64,000 bases of DNA, taken from the NCBI RefSeq assembly GCF_963921235.1, contig NC_086097.1, positions 154,568,001 through 154,632,000 on the forward strand. Reading direction: 5' to 3'. Position numbers and translations under genes: made by a program. Positions within the stretch are counted from its first letter, which is position 1. Every line of letters begins with the position of its first letter. Under the pieces are notes generated by a model. The model saw only the letters and a list, made by a program, of their open reading frames with translations. It ran no database searches and was not told where the DNA came from. Shown piece after piece: positions 14,023 to 26,369 of the stretch. Source of the stretch: Mobula hypostoma. Lineage: Eukaryota.

Positions 14023-14240
14023 CAAGGATACACTCAAAATGCTGGAGGAACCCAGCAGACCAGGCAGCATCTATGGAGGAGTTAACAGTCAATGTTTGGG
14101 GCTGAGACCCTTCTTTATGAAAGGGGTCAGCCTGAAACATTGATTGTTTACTCTTTTTCATAGATGCTGCCTAGCCTGCTGAGTTCCTCCAGCAATTTGT
14201 GTGCGTTGCTTGGATTTCCAGCATCTGCAGATTCTCTCTT
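14023..14240. mobile_element. Short hairpin element made of two inverted Penelope-type termini
   Basis: Arms aaatgctggaggaacccagcagaccaggcagcatctatg / catagatgctgcctagcctgctgagttcctccagcaattt; related copies near 5655-5790, 22680-22900, 26050-26130, 46450-46580. Confidence 0.7.
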
Positions 14241-14291
14241 GGTAAGGGATTATTGAGGTTATAATTCTAATCGTTTCTTCTCGCCTTGTAG

Positions 14292-14372
14292 TTTGAACTG
14301 CAGTGGAGGTTGATCCACTGTGACCCACAACAGGCACATCATGAATCCTGCACAGAGTTATCCATGCAGCAG
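14292..14372 (+). CDS. COL9A1-like: NC4 C-terminal exon (FELQWRLIHCDPQQAHHESCTELSMQQ)
   Basis: ttgtag acceptor, gtaata donor, 81 nt, phase 0/0; matches COL9A1 FELQWMLIHCDP...ETC.EL. Confidence 0.93.
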
Positions 14373-17300
14373 GTAATATAAAGTCTAGTTCTAATTGCAT
14401 TCTGCAAATCTGAACACTTCCTGCCCCTCTCTTCTTGCTTGACTCTATCGTTCAATCTTTCTTTCTTCTTTGCTAGCATATAGACTTTGTCTTTTTTTAG
14501 TCCACCTACAGGTACCCACTCTAATTTTGTCCCCTTCTCTTTGTGTCCCTTGTGTCTCCCCCCATGTTTCAAAATATTTTAGTGTGTTCTTAAAGGATTC
14601 TACCACCGACAGAGTCACTTTCAAGGACTCTTTACAACTCAAGTTCTTAATATTTTATTTATTTGCACAGTTGTCTTCTTTTGCGCATCTTTGTCAATTT
14701 TAGTATGTTTATGTACAATTCTTCATAAATTCTATTGATTTTTTTCCTGTAAATGTCTGTAAGAAAAATAAGTATCAAGGTAGTATGTGATAACATATAT
14801 GTACTTTTGATAATAAATTTTCTTCTGAACTTGTGTTTATCTTGCACTCTCCTCTTTGAATTTTGTGTGTGTGAGATTACACCCCATTTTTCTTTTTCTT
14901 ATATTTGGACATATTGACAAGAGCAGATTATTATCATCTAGAATATTTCGGCTATATTTTAAATGATATTAGATTGTGAGTCACATAAATCATCATAGAG
15001 CTACAATTCAAGAAGCAATAAAATAGATGAAGTTTAGGGACATCGTTGCCATCAATATGAAAATCAGTGTTAGCAAGTGGTATCTTTTTTTGATGGGAAC
15101 ATAAAATCTTTGACTTGATATACTTGGGTCCCTATGATGCATAGGCTTTCACCAATCCCTCTTTGAACTCAATAATGAAAAATGTAGAATAACACCAGGA
15201 GCTTTACTATCAATAGAAATGCATTGCTTTTAACAAGTCCAGAAAGGCTTTCTATTAACAAGTCCAGAAAGACTTGTTAAAGGAATTACAAAGATTTAAG
15301 AGGTACTATGGTTGGGTGCTAATTACTGGCATTGCCAGAGACACGAACATCCCTTTAAATCAGATCAAGTTTGTGCAGTCAGTGTCCAAAGTAGCCATGA
15401 ATAACTATTTCTGCCCTTTACCAGAGGGCATGCATCATTGCCAATGATGCTCAAAGTCACACATAATGCCCCATTTAAAGATTTTCTTCTTAAAATTATT
15501 CTGAACTTTGTCCCGTGTGACAAAGTAAAAGAAATTCACAGGAAGCAGGTAATGATATATGAAATTAATTCAAATATTTTCTAGCTCTTAGAACATCAAG
15601 ACTTCCCAAGCAATTTTATGTGAATTAACTATTCTTGAGGTGTAGTTATGATTTACTGATCTTGAGATAGATAGTAACTCTAGATTATTCTTTAATTTTT
15701 CTTCACATCTTGCTTCTCCACATTGCATGGCAATGATGTCACAGTGTGAGTCCATGGGTAAGAGTCAGTTTCCCCCACCTCACCAAAGAATACTATTAGT
15801 CTGTTGTTCAGAGTAATGAATGCCAGCAGAGTATTCCACCATGTGGTGAGATTTCCATAATGTCCTTTCACATATTGTTATTTAAATTTACCAGACAGAA
15901 TCTCCAAAATAAAGATGAGAAACAATGGCTGTTCTTGATTGCTGTGTAATTTGCTAGCAGCATATTGATAATTTTCTTTGGAATCAGGAGCCTATTGCAG
16001 GCAGCTTTCCTGTTCTGTGTGACTCATTTTGATACCCGGTAGTGCATTTAAACACAGAGGTACTGAGAGAGTTGAGAAGATATTATCACATTTGTCCTGC
16101 TTTGGCAGTAGTGTCCAGGTTTAATGTGCCAGGGTAGATCCAAGCTAGTAAGCTACTATCTCCATGATGTCACTTCCATATAGTTTAATTTCTTGTCAAT
16201 GACACCACTTTTCATTAACAGTGCTCCATTTTTCAATTATTTTATTTCCTTATTTCACCTAATCTTCTTCCTAAAATCAGTGATTCTTAGCACAAATATA
16301 CTCTTACTGGATTAAATTAAATAACCCACCTTATTCAAATTAAGACGCTGAACATTATCAGAGGCACTGTGGCCAGTCTGGATGACAAGTCTTTATATGA
16401 TATTGAATGGCAAATCACTGTGAAAAGCTTAAATTCTATGAGGATACAATAGCTAACCAACTCAGAATTTAACCGGAGATCCCCTTGCTCACTTGTGTCT
16501 CAGCTCATCACTGATTGAGCATTTTGTTGAATTTGTGAACCAGATAATTTCCAGTTAAATAAAGTTTATGTGCTGGTGTGAAAAGGATGAACTCCTACTC
16601 TGAAATGATTCCTTTCAAGTTTTTCCAAATTAACATGAATAACTCTTGATTCATTGTCCTTGAAAATTAAAATCCAGCATAGATATAGAATCATGTGACT
16701 GAGGGGTGACTGAGTGCTGAAGGCCTTTTCCACCAGTGAATGTATCATTAAAGGGGCAAGGAAGGTGAGTGCATTCATTTTTTTTATGGAAAGTCTCTTA
16801 AGTCTCAGTTATGTAGGCATTACCCTTAACTTAGGAGGATCTCGAATCTGAACATGGGGCAGATAGGTCTAAGAAAGAAGAGCAGGCACCTCAAGTCACT
16901 CACATCATTACTTAGAAATATATCGTCAAACCTTCATCATTGTTCATCTTGAAACTCATTAAGTAATAACACTGAAGAACAATGAAGTGGCTCATTTCAC
17001 GAAGACAGCTCACCATAACTTTATCAAAGGAATTGGTGGATGCAGATTAAAAGCCTGCCTTGCTAGACTGTCCATCTTCATGAATACATGAAGAAACTGC
17101 TCAGCAAATGAGTGTGCTTACTCGGAGCTAGCTGTTGCCATTTCTGTAGTTTCTCACTTGAATTATTGTTGGTCATTATGGAAGCACTAACTAGGAACAG
17201 CTAGAGTGACTTCGAGTTTTGTTTTAAGAGTTTATTAGCATGATATCATGGAGAGTCTGCAGCAGTCTCCACTGCCACCAGAACACCGATTTTTAGGTTC

Positions 17301-17607
17301 TACAGAGCTCATATTTATACAGCAGGACAAACAACTTCACATAACTTTGTTTGGCATCCCACAGTCCGTACATGATCAATTGTTTAAAAGACATGTCAAT
17401 TATCTCTCAGCACGAGTCTAACAGTTCTTCCTGCTTCCTGCTATCAGGACTCATAATTTTCCCCCAGACGTAACCTCCCTCCTGGTTCCAGGGGCTAGTA
17501 TCTTATTAATTAGTGTTCCTGGTACTGCGTTTATTCTCAACACGCTTCAGCAGTCTTAAGCCCAACTGTTCCAGAATGGTTGAGTATCCCATTATACACT
17601 AGTTTTT

Positions 17608-17788
17608 AAAAACGCAAACACGAGGAAATCTGCAGATGCTGGAATTTCAAGCAACACACATCAAAGTTGCTGGTGAACACAGCAGGCCAGGCAGCATCTC
17701 TAGGAAGAGGTACAGTCGACGTTTCGGGCTGAGACCCTTCGTCAGGACTAACTGAAGGAAGAGCTAGTAAGAGATTTGAAAGTGGGAT
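17608..17788 (-). mobile_element. Penelope-like element 3' terminal (pLTR) fragment
   Basis: Near-identical to 26232-26400. Confidence 0.85.
17713..17754 (-). ncRNA. Minimal type I hammerhead ribozyme motif
   Basis: Reverse complement reads AGTC-CTGACGA-AGGGTCTCAGCCC-GAAA-CGTC-GACT. Confidence 0.75.
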
Positions 17789-18754
17789 TTCTACCACAGT
17801 CATTTAAAAAAAAACAAATTTGGGTGACAATGATGAAATGAAAACATAATGATTGTATCATAGATGTTCATGGCACCATGATTACTAATTCATTGTCGGC
17901 AGCCTGCATTGTTGAGGCAGAAAGAAATACTAAGAACTATGGGTGACCGGGTTTAAATTTAGAATAGGCACATTATTGCGTTGACCGAAATCAGTGGAAA
18001 AAAAGTCCACATTAAGAGAAATGGGGAGAGAAACTGATTGGGGAAAATAAAAATTTAATTTCTGAATTCAATGTTTCTGGGATACATCTTAAGTCTTGTT
18101 TTTAATTTCTGGTCCAGCATTTGGTTAGATGATAGATCAGTCTTGTTTGGTGAAGTCTTATTTAAACAAAAGAGTGGTAAAGTATTCCAAGAATGTAATA
18201 TGTAATAGACCAGTACACAAAAAATTAATAAATATCAATCTTAGTGAGTTCATGACAGTAGCTTGTAGTCAGAAGTGCTTTCGTAAAAAAACGGAGCATA
18301 ATTGGCTGAAAGCAAACCTGCCTACAAAAAAAATTATACGCAAATGTTCAGATACTCAAAATAAATAGTTGTTTATAGTTGGCATAAAATTGACCAACTA
18401 AATAGCACAAGGTGTTATTTCTGTCAATGTGCAAATATTTGTAACATGACTACCTGTCTTTATGAAACACTATGGTAAAACAAAAGTTTCCAAAAACGCA
18501 ACTGGTATATCGAGTATCACTCTTTAAAAGATTCCATTGAGAGATTATTTGGAGGTGGGAACTGTGAAGAGGTTAGAGAATAAGAAAGATCTAAGTACCT
18601 TGCAGTGTTAGCAGATTATAAATTGGTTCTTGCTTCCAGTTTCTGTCACCATAATTATACTTCACAATTTTTCTTTAATGTCCCAAGTATTTGTTATTTG
18701 CACATTTAAGATTGTACTAAATTTTCTTTTTTTTTCATTTTTTTTCTCTGTCAG

Positions 18755-18775
18755 AGAATTATTCCTAATTTTGAG
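18755..18775 (+). CDS. COL9A1-like: Putative 21-nt linker micro-exon (RIIPNFE)
   Basis: Very strong polypyrimidine tract plus cag, GAG|gtatt donor, phase 0/0; COL9A1 has a 7-codon exon at this position (recalled). Confidence 0.6.
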
Positions 18776-19189
18776 GTATTCAATAACTCCTAATGGATGC
18801 AGCTGACAATTTTAAGGGCATTTAGAATCAGTGTTTAATACCTTATAGTATCACAATTTATGCACAAATCAATAGAATAGAATGCATGCAAGATATTTGG
18901 TAAAACCCCATTAGAAAACTTAATTAGTTTATTTGTCTGCATATGCTGTAAGTGTCATAAGTTTAGATTTAGGAGACAGTATCAATCTCTTTGAATTTTT
19001 CTTTTGGTTTATTAAAAAGATTAATATGGTTGCAGCAATATTATAATTTAAAAATGGCTGTAACAAAAACTCTTCACTGGGTAAGCAAAACAGCAGAATT
19101 ATTTTTTTTCTCATTTTTCTACATTGAAACTACATTTCTTTCAATTTTGAGAAAGAGAATAGTTATGCTCGTTTGCTTCAGTGGTTGGT

Positions 19190-20926
19190 AACTTTATGGA
19201 GAAGAACCTGAGAGGCAGGATTTATGAACATTTGGAGAGGCATAATATGATTAGGAATAGTCAGCATGGTTTTGTCAAATGCAGGTCATGCCTTATGAGC
19301 CTGATTGAATTTTTTGAGGATGTGACGTAGTGTATATGGATTTCAGCTAGGCATTTGATAAGGTACCCCATGCAGGGCTTATTGAGAAAGTAGGGAGGCA
19401 TGGGATCCGAGGAGACCTTGCTTTGGGGATCCAGAACTGGCTCGCCCACAGGAGGCAAAGAGTGGTTGTAGACGGGTCATATTCTGCATGGAGGTCAGTC
19501 ACCAGTGGTGTGCCTTACAGATCTGTTCTGGGACCCCTACTCTTTGTGATTTTTATAAATGACCTGGATGAGGAAGTGGAGGAATGGGTTAGTAAATTTG
19601 CTGATGACACAAAGGTTGGGGGTGTTGTGGATAGTGTGGAGGGCTGTCAGCGGTTACAGTGGGACATTGATAGGATGCAAAACTGGGCTGAGAAATGGCA
19701 AGTGGATTTCAATCCGGATAAGTGTGAGGTGGTTCTTTTTGGTAGGTCAAATACAAGAGGTGATTGATAAGTTCGTGGGCTAAGGTAGACGGAGTCAATT
19801 TCAGAAAACTTAGCACATTTATGTTTCCTACATTTACACACTTAGTCCAGCGTTTGTGGAGCATGTCTGTTCCTTCTTCGTAGAAGTCAGCGTCTTGGCC
19901 CTCCAGAATTTGTCTACAGCAGGGGTGATTGATAAGATTGTGGCCTAAGGTAGAAGGAGCTGAGTTATTAATTTCCAATTGTCTGCATTTTCACTCAGAG
20001 TTGAACTGCACGTGCATGTAACAAGAGCTGTATAACTCATCTCCTCTACCTTAGGCCACAAACTTTTCAATCACCCCTGCTGTGGACCAGTTCTACAAAG
20101 AAGGGATCTGTATGCTCCATGACTGCTGGACTAAGCGTGTACATGTAGGAGGGGACTATGTTGAAAAATAAATGTGCTAGGTTGTCTAAAATTGACTCCT
20201 TCTACTTTCGACCACAAACTTGTGGAGGATCAGAGGGATCTTGGGGTCCGAGTCCATAGGACACTCAAAGCTGCTATGCAGGTTGACTCTGTGGTTAAGA
20301 AGGCATTACGGTGCATTGGTCTTCTATCGTGCAATTGAGTTTAAGGGCCGAGAGGTAATGTTGCAGCTGTATAGGACCCTGGTCAGACCTCACTTGGAGT
20401 ACTGTGCTCAGTTCTGGTCGCCTCACTGTAGGAAGGATGGGGAAACCATAGAAAGGGTGCAGAGGAGGTCTACAAGGATGTTAACTGGATTGGAGAGCAT
20501 GCCTTATGAGAATAGGTTGAGTGAACTTGGCCTTTCTTCCTTGGAGCAACGGAGGATGAGAGGTAATCTGATAGAGGTGTATAAGATGATGAGATGCATT
20601 GATTGTGTAGATAGTCAGGGGCTTTTTCCCAGGGCTGAAATGGCTAACATGAGAAGGCATATTATTAAGATGCTTGGAAGTATGTACAGAGGAGATGTCA
20701 GGGGTAAATTTTTTACGCAGGGAGTGGTGAGTGTGTGGAATGGGCTGCCGGTGACGGTGGTGGAGGCGGAAATAGGGTCTTTTAAGAGACTCCTGGATAG
20801 GTACATGGAGCTTAGAAAAAGAGTGGGCTATGGGTAAGCCTAGGTAATTTCTAAGGCAAGGACATGTTCAGCACAGCTTTGTGGGCTGAAGGGCCTGTAT
20901 CATGCTGTAGGTTTTCTATGTTTCTA
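19190..20926 (+). mobile_element. CR1 LINE 3' portion (RT), interrupted by a mariner-derived palindrome
   Basis: ORF 19423..19767 has SGVPYRSVLGPLLF...KFADDTK; ORF 20220..20837 has LVRPHLEYCAQFWSP; ttctatgtttcta tail. Confidence 0.9.
19754..20221. mobile_element. Mariner-derived palindromic MITE with nested TIR pair
   Basis: TIR g(g/a)ggtgattgataag.t.gtgg.ctaaggtaga.ggag occurs 4 times (2 per strand); inverted copies of a mariner transposase C-terminus (FYEEGTDMLHKRWTKCVNVG / GDYVEK*). Confidence 0.8.
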
Positions 20927-23129
20927 TTACTTGGATGTCTTCAAAATGCATTATTAACCAGTGATTCTATGGAAAATAAATCTGAGGGAATTCTCAGAGG
21001 TGTAAGGAAAATGGGAATCCAATTTAGAAAAGTGATCAGAAACTCATCTGAAAAGGCGAGGCTCTGTGTTGTGGAAGAAAGATATGATAATTTAGGAAAT
21101 TCTGGGTGGTTCAAGCCCTAAGTGAGGTAGGTTTGCACGATGTTGTAGATGGAAATTTTGAGGAAGGTACAGGTGGCTCAGAGGAGGTTATTAAGATCAA
21201 AATCAGAACAATAATTAGAATCAAGTTTAATATCACTGTCATTATGTCATGAAGCTTGCTCACAAATGAGGGCAGATGAGACTCTTAAGTAGAGTTTAAA
21301 GCAATAGGGGCCCAGACATTCTGCCATACTTAAAACTGACAGTTCAAGAAATGAGTGTTTTGAGTGTTCCTGCCCAGCAGGTTTATTTCATCCTATCCTT
21401 TGTGTTAATAATTTTCTCTCCCAACCAAAGCCACACCAAGTTCTGAGGTGCTTTGAACTCCAGGGTCCTGATGAAGCCAAGTGAACATTCGTTAGATACT
21501 GCCAGGTGCACTGCAAACCCTGCTGAGCTTGTGCACTACGGACCTGAGTATTGCGGGGTCTGGAGGTGATATTGTCCAGAAGGGTCCTCAAAATCATGAA
21601 TGAGGCAAAAGCCTTATGGTTCAGCTGTTTTAACAGTTGGTGATTATTGTACTGTTAGACAGTGTCAGCTTGAAACAGCAGGGCAAGTAAGAAGTAAAGA
21701 GGAAAGTCAAGAAGCAAAAGGCTAGATCTCTCTCTGTGCTTGAAGCTGGCTAGATAAAGGATTTTTTTTCTGATGAGAACACTGTGAAGCAACAAGGGCA
21801 GTCTTAATTTATGCTGATTTCAGGTTGAAAAAGAAACTACAGAAGGAAAGAATGAACTATACCACAAATTACTGAAAATCTACTGAGAATTTACAAACGG
21901 CTGATTATACAAACATATTAGCAAGTGTAAAGAAATTTATGCGACAAGATAAATGAAAATTTAGATAAGCACATGAATGACAGAAAAATGGAAGGCTTAG
22001 TAGGAGGGAAGATTTGGATTGCTCTTAGAGTAGGTTAAAGATCAGCACAATATTCTGGGCCACATGGCTTGTACTGTGCTGTAATGCTCTATGTTCTAAA
22101 TAGCAATGTAAACCCTAAACTAATGGTGTAGAAAAATCATCACTCAAGTCCATGATCAACAATAGATTAAGTGTGTCACAGTATTTTGTACAGGATAAGG
22201 CAAATAATGATGCCTAGTTCATACCTGGTAAGTTCCTTTATCAGGGCAGTGCTGGCTATGATGTTTGAATCTCTAGGCATAGCTCTGAAAATTTTAATTC
22301 TATGTGGATTAGGACAATTAAATCTTTGATTCGAGTCTTATCTGTGGTATAAGTCAGTATAGTGTCATCATCTTGGGCTTTACTTAAGAGTTAGAAGGTC
22401 TGACACAACCTCTTTAGCAACTTGGCATTTTCCTTCTTTAATTGGTTGAGACCTGTCAAAGTTTTCAAGATCTGAAGTAAAAGAATGGAATTTGTGATGT
22501 AGGAAAAAATGCAGTTTGAACATAAATGACTTTTTTTGCATAGTGAGGGTAAAGGGAAAGGAGACAAAAAAACATTCCATATAAAGAAACTAAGCACTTC
22601 TTCTCCAGCACTGATGTAGTCATGACCGTTTCCCCCTTCTCATTGTTGCTTGGACACCCTCTAGAATTCACTTACAGGAATCACTTACTGAGTCAGGTAG
22701 CATCTGTAGAAGAGAGACAGTCAACTTTTCAGGTCAAAGGCCCATTGTCAGAACAATTGTCCTGAAGTGTTCTCAAAATAAGAAACAAGCCCTGTTTCTT
22801 TCTCTACAGGCGCTGCCAAATCCCTTGAGTGATTCCAACATTTCATATTTCCCGCATTAGCAGCAGCGTCTTCTGTTTTCATTTCTGATTTCCAGCATTT
22901 CTAGTTTTCCTTTTGGATTTCACTCTCTAGAAAATGGTGTGAAGGTATGTTCTACCTCCTCTGGTTGCCACCTGTTGCTTTCAGTCATGTGTCATCTTCT
23001 ATCACATGAAGGCGGAAAGGTAACTGAGAACCTGGTGGAAGATTTGCAGATTGTGGCCGCTGTAGGACCCATTCAAGAGGAAACAAGTGTTTAATGTAAT
23101 GTAGTACACAGAGTATTATAGTTAAAAAA

Positions 23130-23320
23130 AGGTTCTGGCTCAACAAACCCATGTAGCCTAATTACATCCATGAGACTAACTAACCGCGTGTTTTGAGAAC
23201 GTGGTAGGAAACTGGAGCATCTGGAGGAAACCCAGTCAGAAGGTACAGACAGCGATGGGAATTGAATGCAGGTTGCTGGTGCTGTAATGGTGTTGTGCTA
23301 ACCACTACGCTACCACGCTA
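23130..23320 (-). mobile_element. tRNA-derived V-SINE (HE1-like)
   Basis: Minus strand has A-box-like tggtagcgtagtggttagc, B-box-like attcaattccc, and V-domain core gggtttcctccagatgctccagtttcct. Confidence 0.7.
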
Positions 23321-24832
23321 CCCACAGAGGTACAGTGTATTTCTCCTATTGCAAGTGCCTTTCTTCGAAAGGGTTCATATTTTACTCAATGGCCTTTGAT
23401 TCCCAGTGACGTAATAATGTAGAGCTAGATGTGCAGATATAAGCAGATCAACAGTGAAGTGGACAAAAGTAGAGGCCCTGATGTTGTTTGTGGTGGTGAT
23501 CAAGGCTTATTATGAAGAACCAATGCAATCTTGAAGCAGGCCACGCCTGAAGGGTGGCAGCTCTCAGCTCATACTGGCAGGATCTAATCTCAACCCTGGA
23601 GGAAATGTCTGATTTGTGATCTGGGTATGGAACCCAGTCCCTGACAGAGAGATATTTAAATGGAGAGTCCAGTGAGGGGGTGGAAGGTGATTCATGGTGT
23701 GTTGAAGAATAGGATTGTCAGCTTCTGAGAAGGAAGTCAGTTTAATGAACCATAGAAACATAGAAAACCTACAGCACAATACAGGCCCTTCAGCCCACAA
23801 TGCTGTGCTGAACATGTACTTACTTTAGAAATTACCTTGGGTTACCCATAGCCCTCTATGGGAAAACTCTGGAAAAATATTTTTTCTTCTCCTGGTCCAG
23901 AGACATTGTATGCTTACTTTTTAAATGTGATGTTTTGATCATCTGACCCTGATATATTGATTTGTTGAGTTGAATTTGTTCCAATGAAGTGAGATAGAGA
24001 ACAGAAATTGCACATTTTCAGGTGGGCTGCGTATTGAGGTGTAGGATCACAAGTGAAGATTTCAATTCGGTCAAGCATTATATACTCTTATCCCACAAGA
24101 TAATGCGCTGTCAGGTACAGGAATACAAATAGAATACAATTTTTTGTTGTCATACAGAATATATTTATGTCCATGTAAAATATATTCTCATAATATTCAT
24201 GTTTGTGCACGTGTACATAAATACGTTGCAGTGTACTTTGTAGAAGATTGCCTAAAGTATTATCTGGAAACTCTGCAGTTGATGCAAGCTAAGCAAATTC
24301 TCAGGTGTATAAACAAAAAAGAGCAAGAGGTGAGGTGCTGTCTCTAAGTAGTTGCATGCTTGTCTGTGTATGAGTAGAATTAAATTTTGGACAGAATGAT
24401 CTGAAATGCTTGAAGAAATGCTCTCAGTAATTGCAGCACTTTAATTTAATTTCTACTTTACTAAATCCCAGTGAGTGGCACCAAGTTTTGTTTAGTATGC
24501 CACCTATGTTTCAAAGGAAAGTAAAAGCTAATTTTGATGAGTAGTTGCCTTTTTGCAGTGTTCTCATTTTCTCCCTTTAGCTGCTGAACCATTAGTGACA
24601 ATGGACCCACATTCGCAGGCATCCCTGCAGCATCTTGTCCCATTAACTGATACCTGGCAAAGCTTGTTGGTATGCTGCAGGAGAAACTCACTGCTGGTTT
24701 GTGGACTTATGACAAGTAGTTTTAACAAACTGAAATTTGGCTGATTTTTCTGATGGACGGTATTCCCAGAAAAGCTGAAGTAAAAATCCCATCCTGAAGT
24801 TCAACAAGAGGGAAAAAAAAAATTGTGCATTC

Positions 24833-24918
24833 AATATATATATATATATATGTGTGTGTGTATATGTGTGTGTATATGTATATGTGTGTGTATATATATG
24901 TATATATGTGTGTATGTA

Positions 24919-24964
<46 letters not shown>

Positions 24965-24966
24965 GT
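24833..24966. repeat. Compound (AT)n/(GT)n microsatellite
   Basis: Directly visible. Confidence 0.97.
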
Positions 24967-26327
24967 ATCATTCTTTTATTTTGAGAGGAAATAAAGAATC
25001 AGATGCCTTTCATTGGGCTGATGATTCAAGTCTCATGTCTGAAATCTGGTTCATGCTTACAGTGGAGTTTACAGTGCTAGAAATTTATTTTTTTGGGTGA
25101 AGTGAATTTAAAAACAAGACTCTTGCAGTGTGAGATCGTTCTGAAAGATTCCATGCTCAGTTTTTGAAGAGCAGTGGAGTTATCTCCACCATCCTGGCCA
25201 AATTTCTCGACCAACCAACATTAACTCAGATGATCTGGGGAAGATCACTTAGCTGTGAAGTTTCCTGTGCTAGAGTGACAATTCAGCATTGTATGCAAAG
25301 CATTTTGGGATGTCCTGAGTTTGTTATATTTAAGATTTTCTCTGGAAATTCTCTGGTAATATATAAATACTTAAATCCCCTATCTTAATCTATCCTTCCT
25401 GAGAAACAGGAAGTTGATGATAAATAGATGTGCTTGTGCGAAGGTGAAATTGAGATTCAAAAGCTGTGATAAGGGCCCGAAAATGAGATTTATGCTTCAC
25501 CCTAGATATCAATGCAGGAAAATAATTGCAACTTAGGTATAATAAAAGTTATCAGTTTGCCATTGTCTGCTTTGCATTTTTATCAATGTGCAGCATCACC
25601 CTAATTTATACTTGCGTATAAAGAGCTCCTCAAAATAAAATTGTAACACTTGCTTTTGATACACTGTGGTCTATTTAAGAAGATAAGCAACCAATCTATT
25701 CCCTTAGTGAGATGATGCCTTCCCACTGCTATCATGCATCTGTTGTAAATTTTCCTTTCTTTCTGCAAAAAACAACTTTGCTTTTTTCACTTCAGAGTGT
25801 TTGAATTTGTGGAGCATATCTTTCCTTCAGGGTCGATAAATAAACATGCAAACAATGGAAGTTTTTTAAAAGAATGAATTGCTTCCTTCTAAAATTCCTC
25901 TAAAGTAATGCAAATATTACTTACTTCAATCCTTCATTCTTAATCAGCATCATTTACAAAGATCATGGAAATTTTTGATTAGATGTGAGAAGTTTAGGAA
26001 GCAGAAGTCATAAGTAAAATTTTAAATTTTACATCGAATATACTTTTTTTCTATGGATGCTGCCTGGCCTGCTGAGTTCCTGCAGCATTTTGCTTGTATG
26101 AATTGGTTTTCCAGCGTCTACAGCGTCCTTTGTTCGTTTTTTTTAATTTAAATTAATTATGTATAATTGGATGCACAATTATGAGCATGAGATGAAAAGC
26201 AAGAAGTTCCTAAAATGATTAAATTTATCCAAACAACAGGAATTCTGCAGATGCTGGAAATTCAAGCAACACACATAAAAGTTGCTGGTGAATGCAGCAG
26301 GCCAGGCAGCATCTCTAGGAAGAGGTG

Positions 26328-26369
26328 CAGTCGACGTTTCAGGCCGAGACCCTTCGTCAGGACTAACTG
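26328..26369 (-). ncRNA. Minimal type I hammerhead ribozyme motif
   Basis: Reverse complement reads AGTC-CTGACGA-AGGGTCTCGGCCT-GAAA-CGTC-GACT. Confidence 0.75.

Noticed and set aside
22194..22227. Possible micro-exon ending in CTG|gtaagt
   Set aside because: 34 nt, has TAG in the phase-0 frame, and is not collagen-like.
23255..23320. tRNA gene
   Set aside because: Degenerate tRNA-like head attached to a V-SINE core; no convincing cloverleaf.
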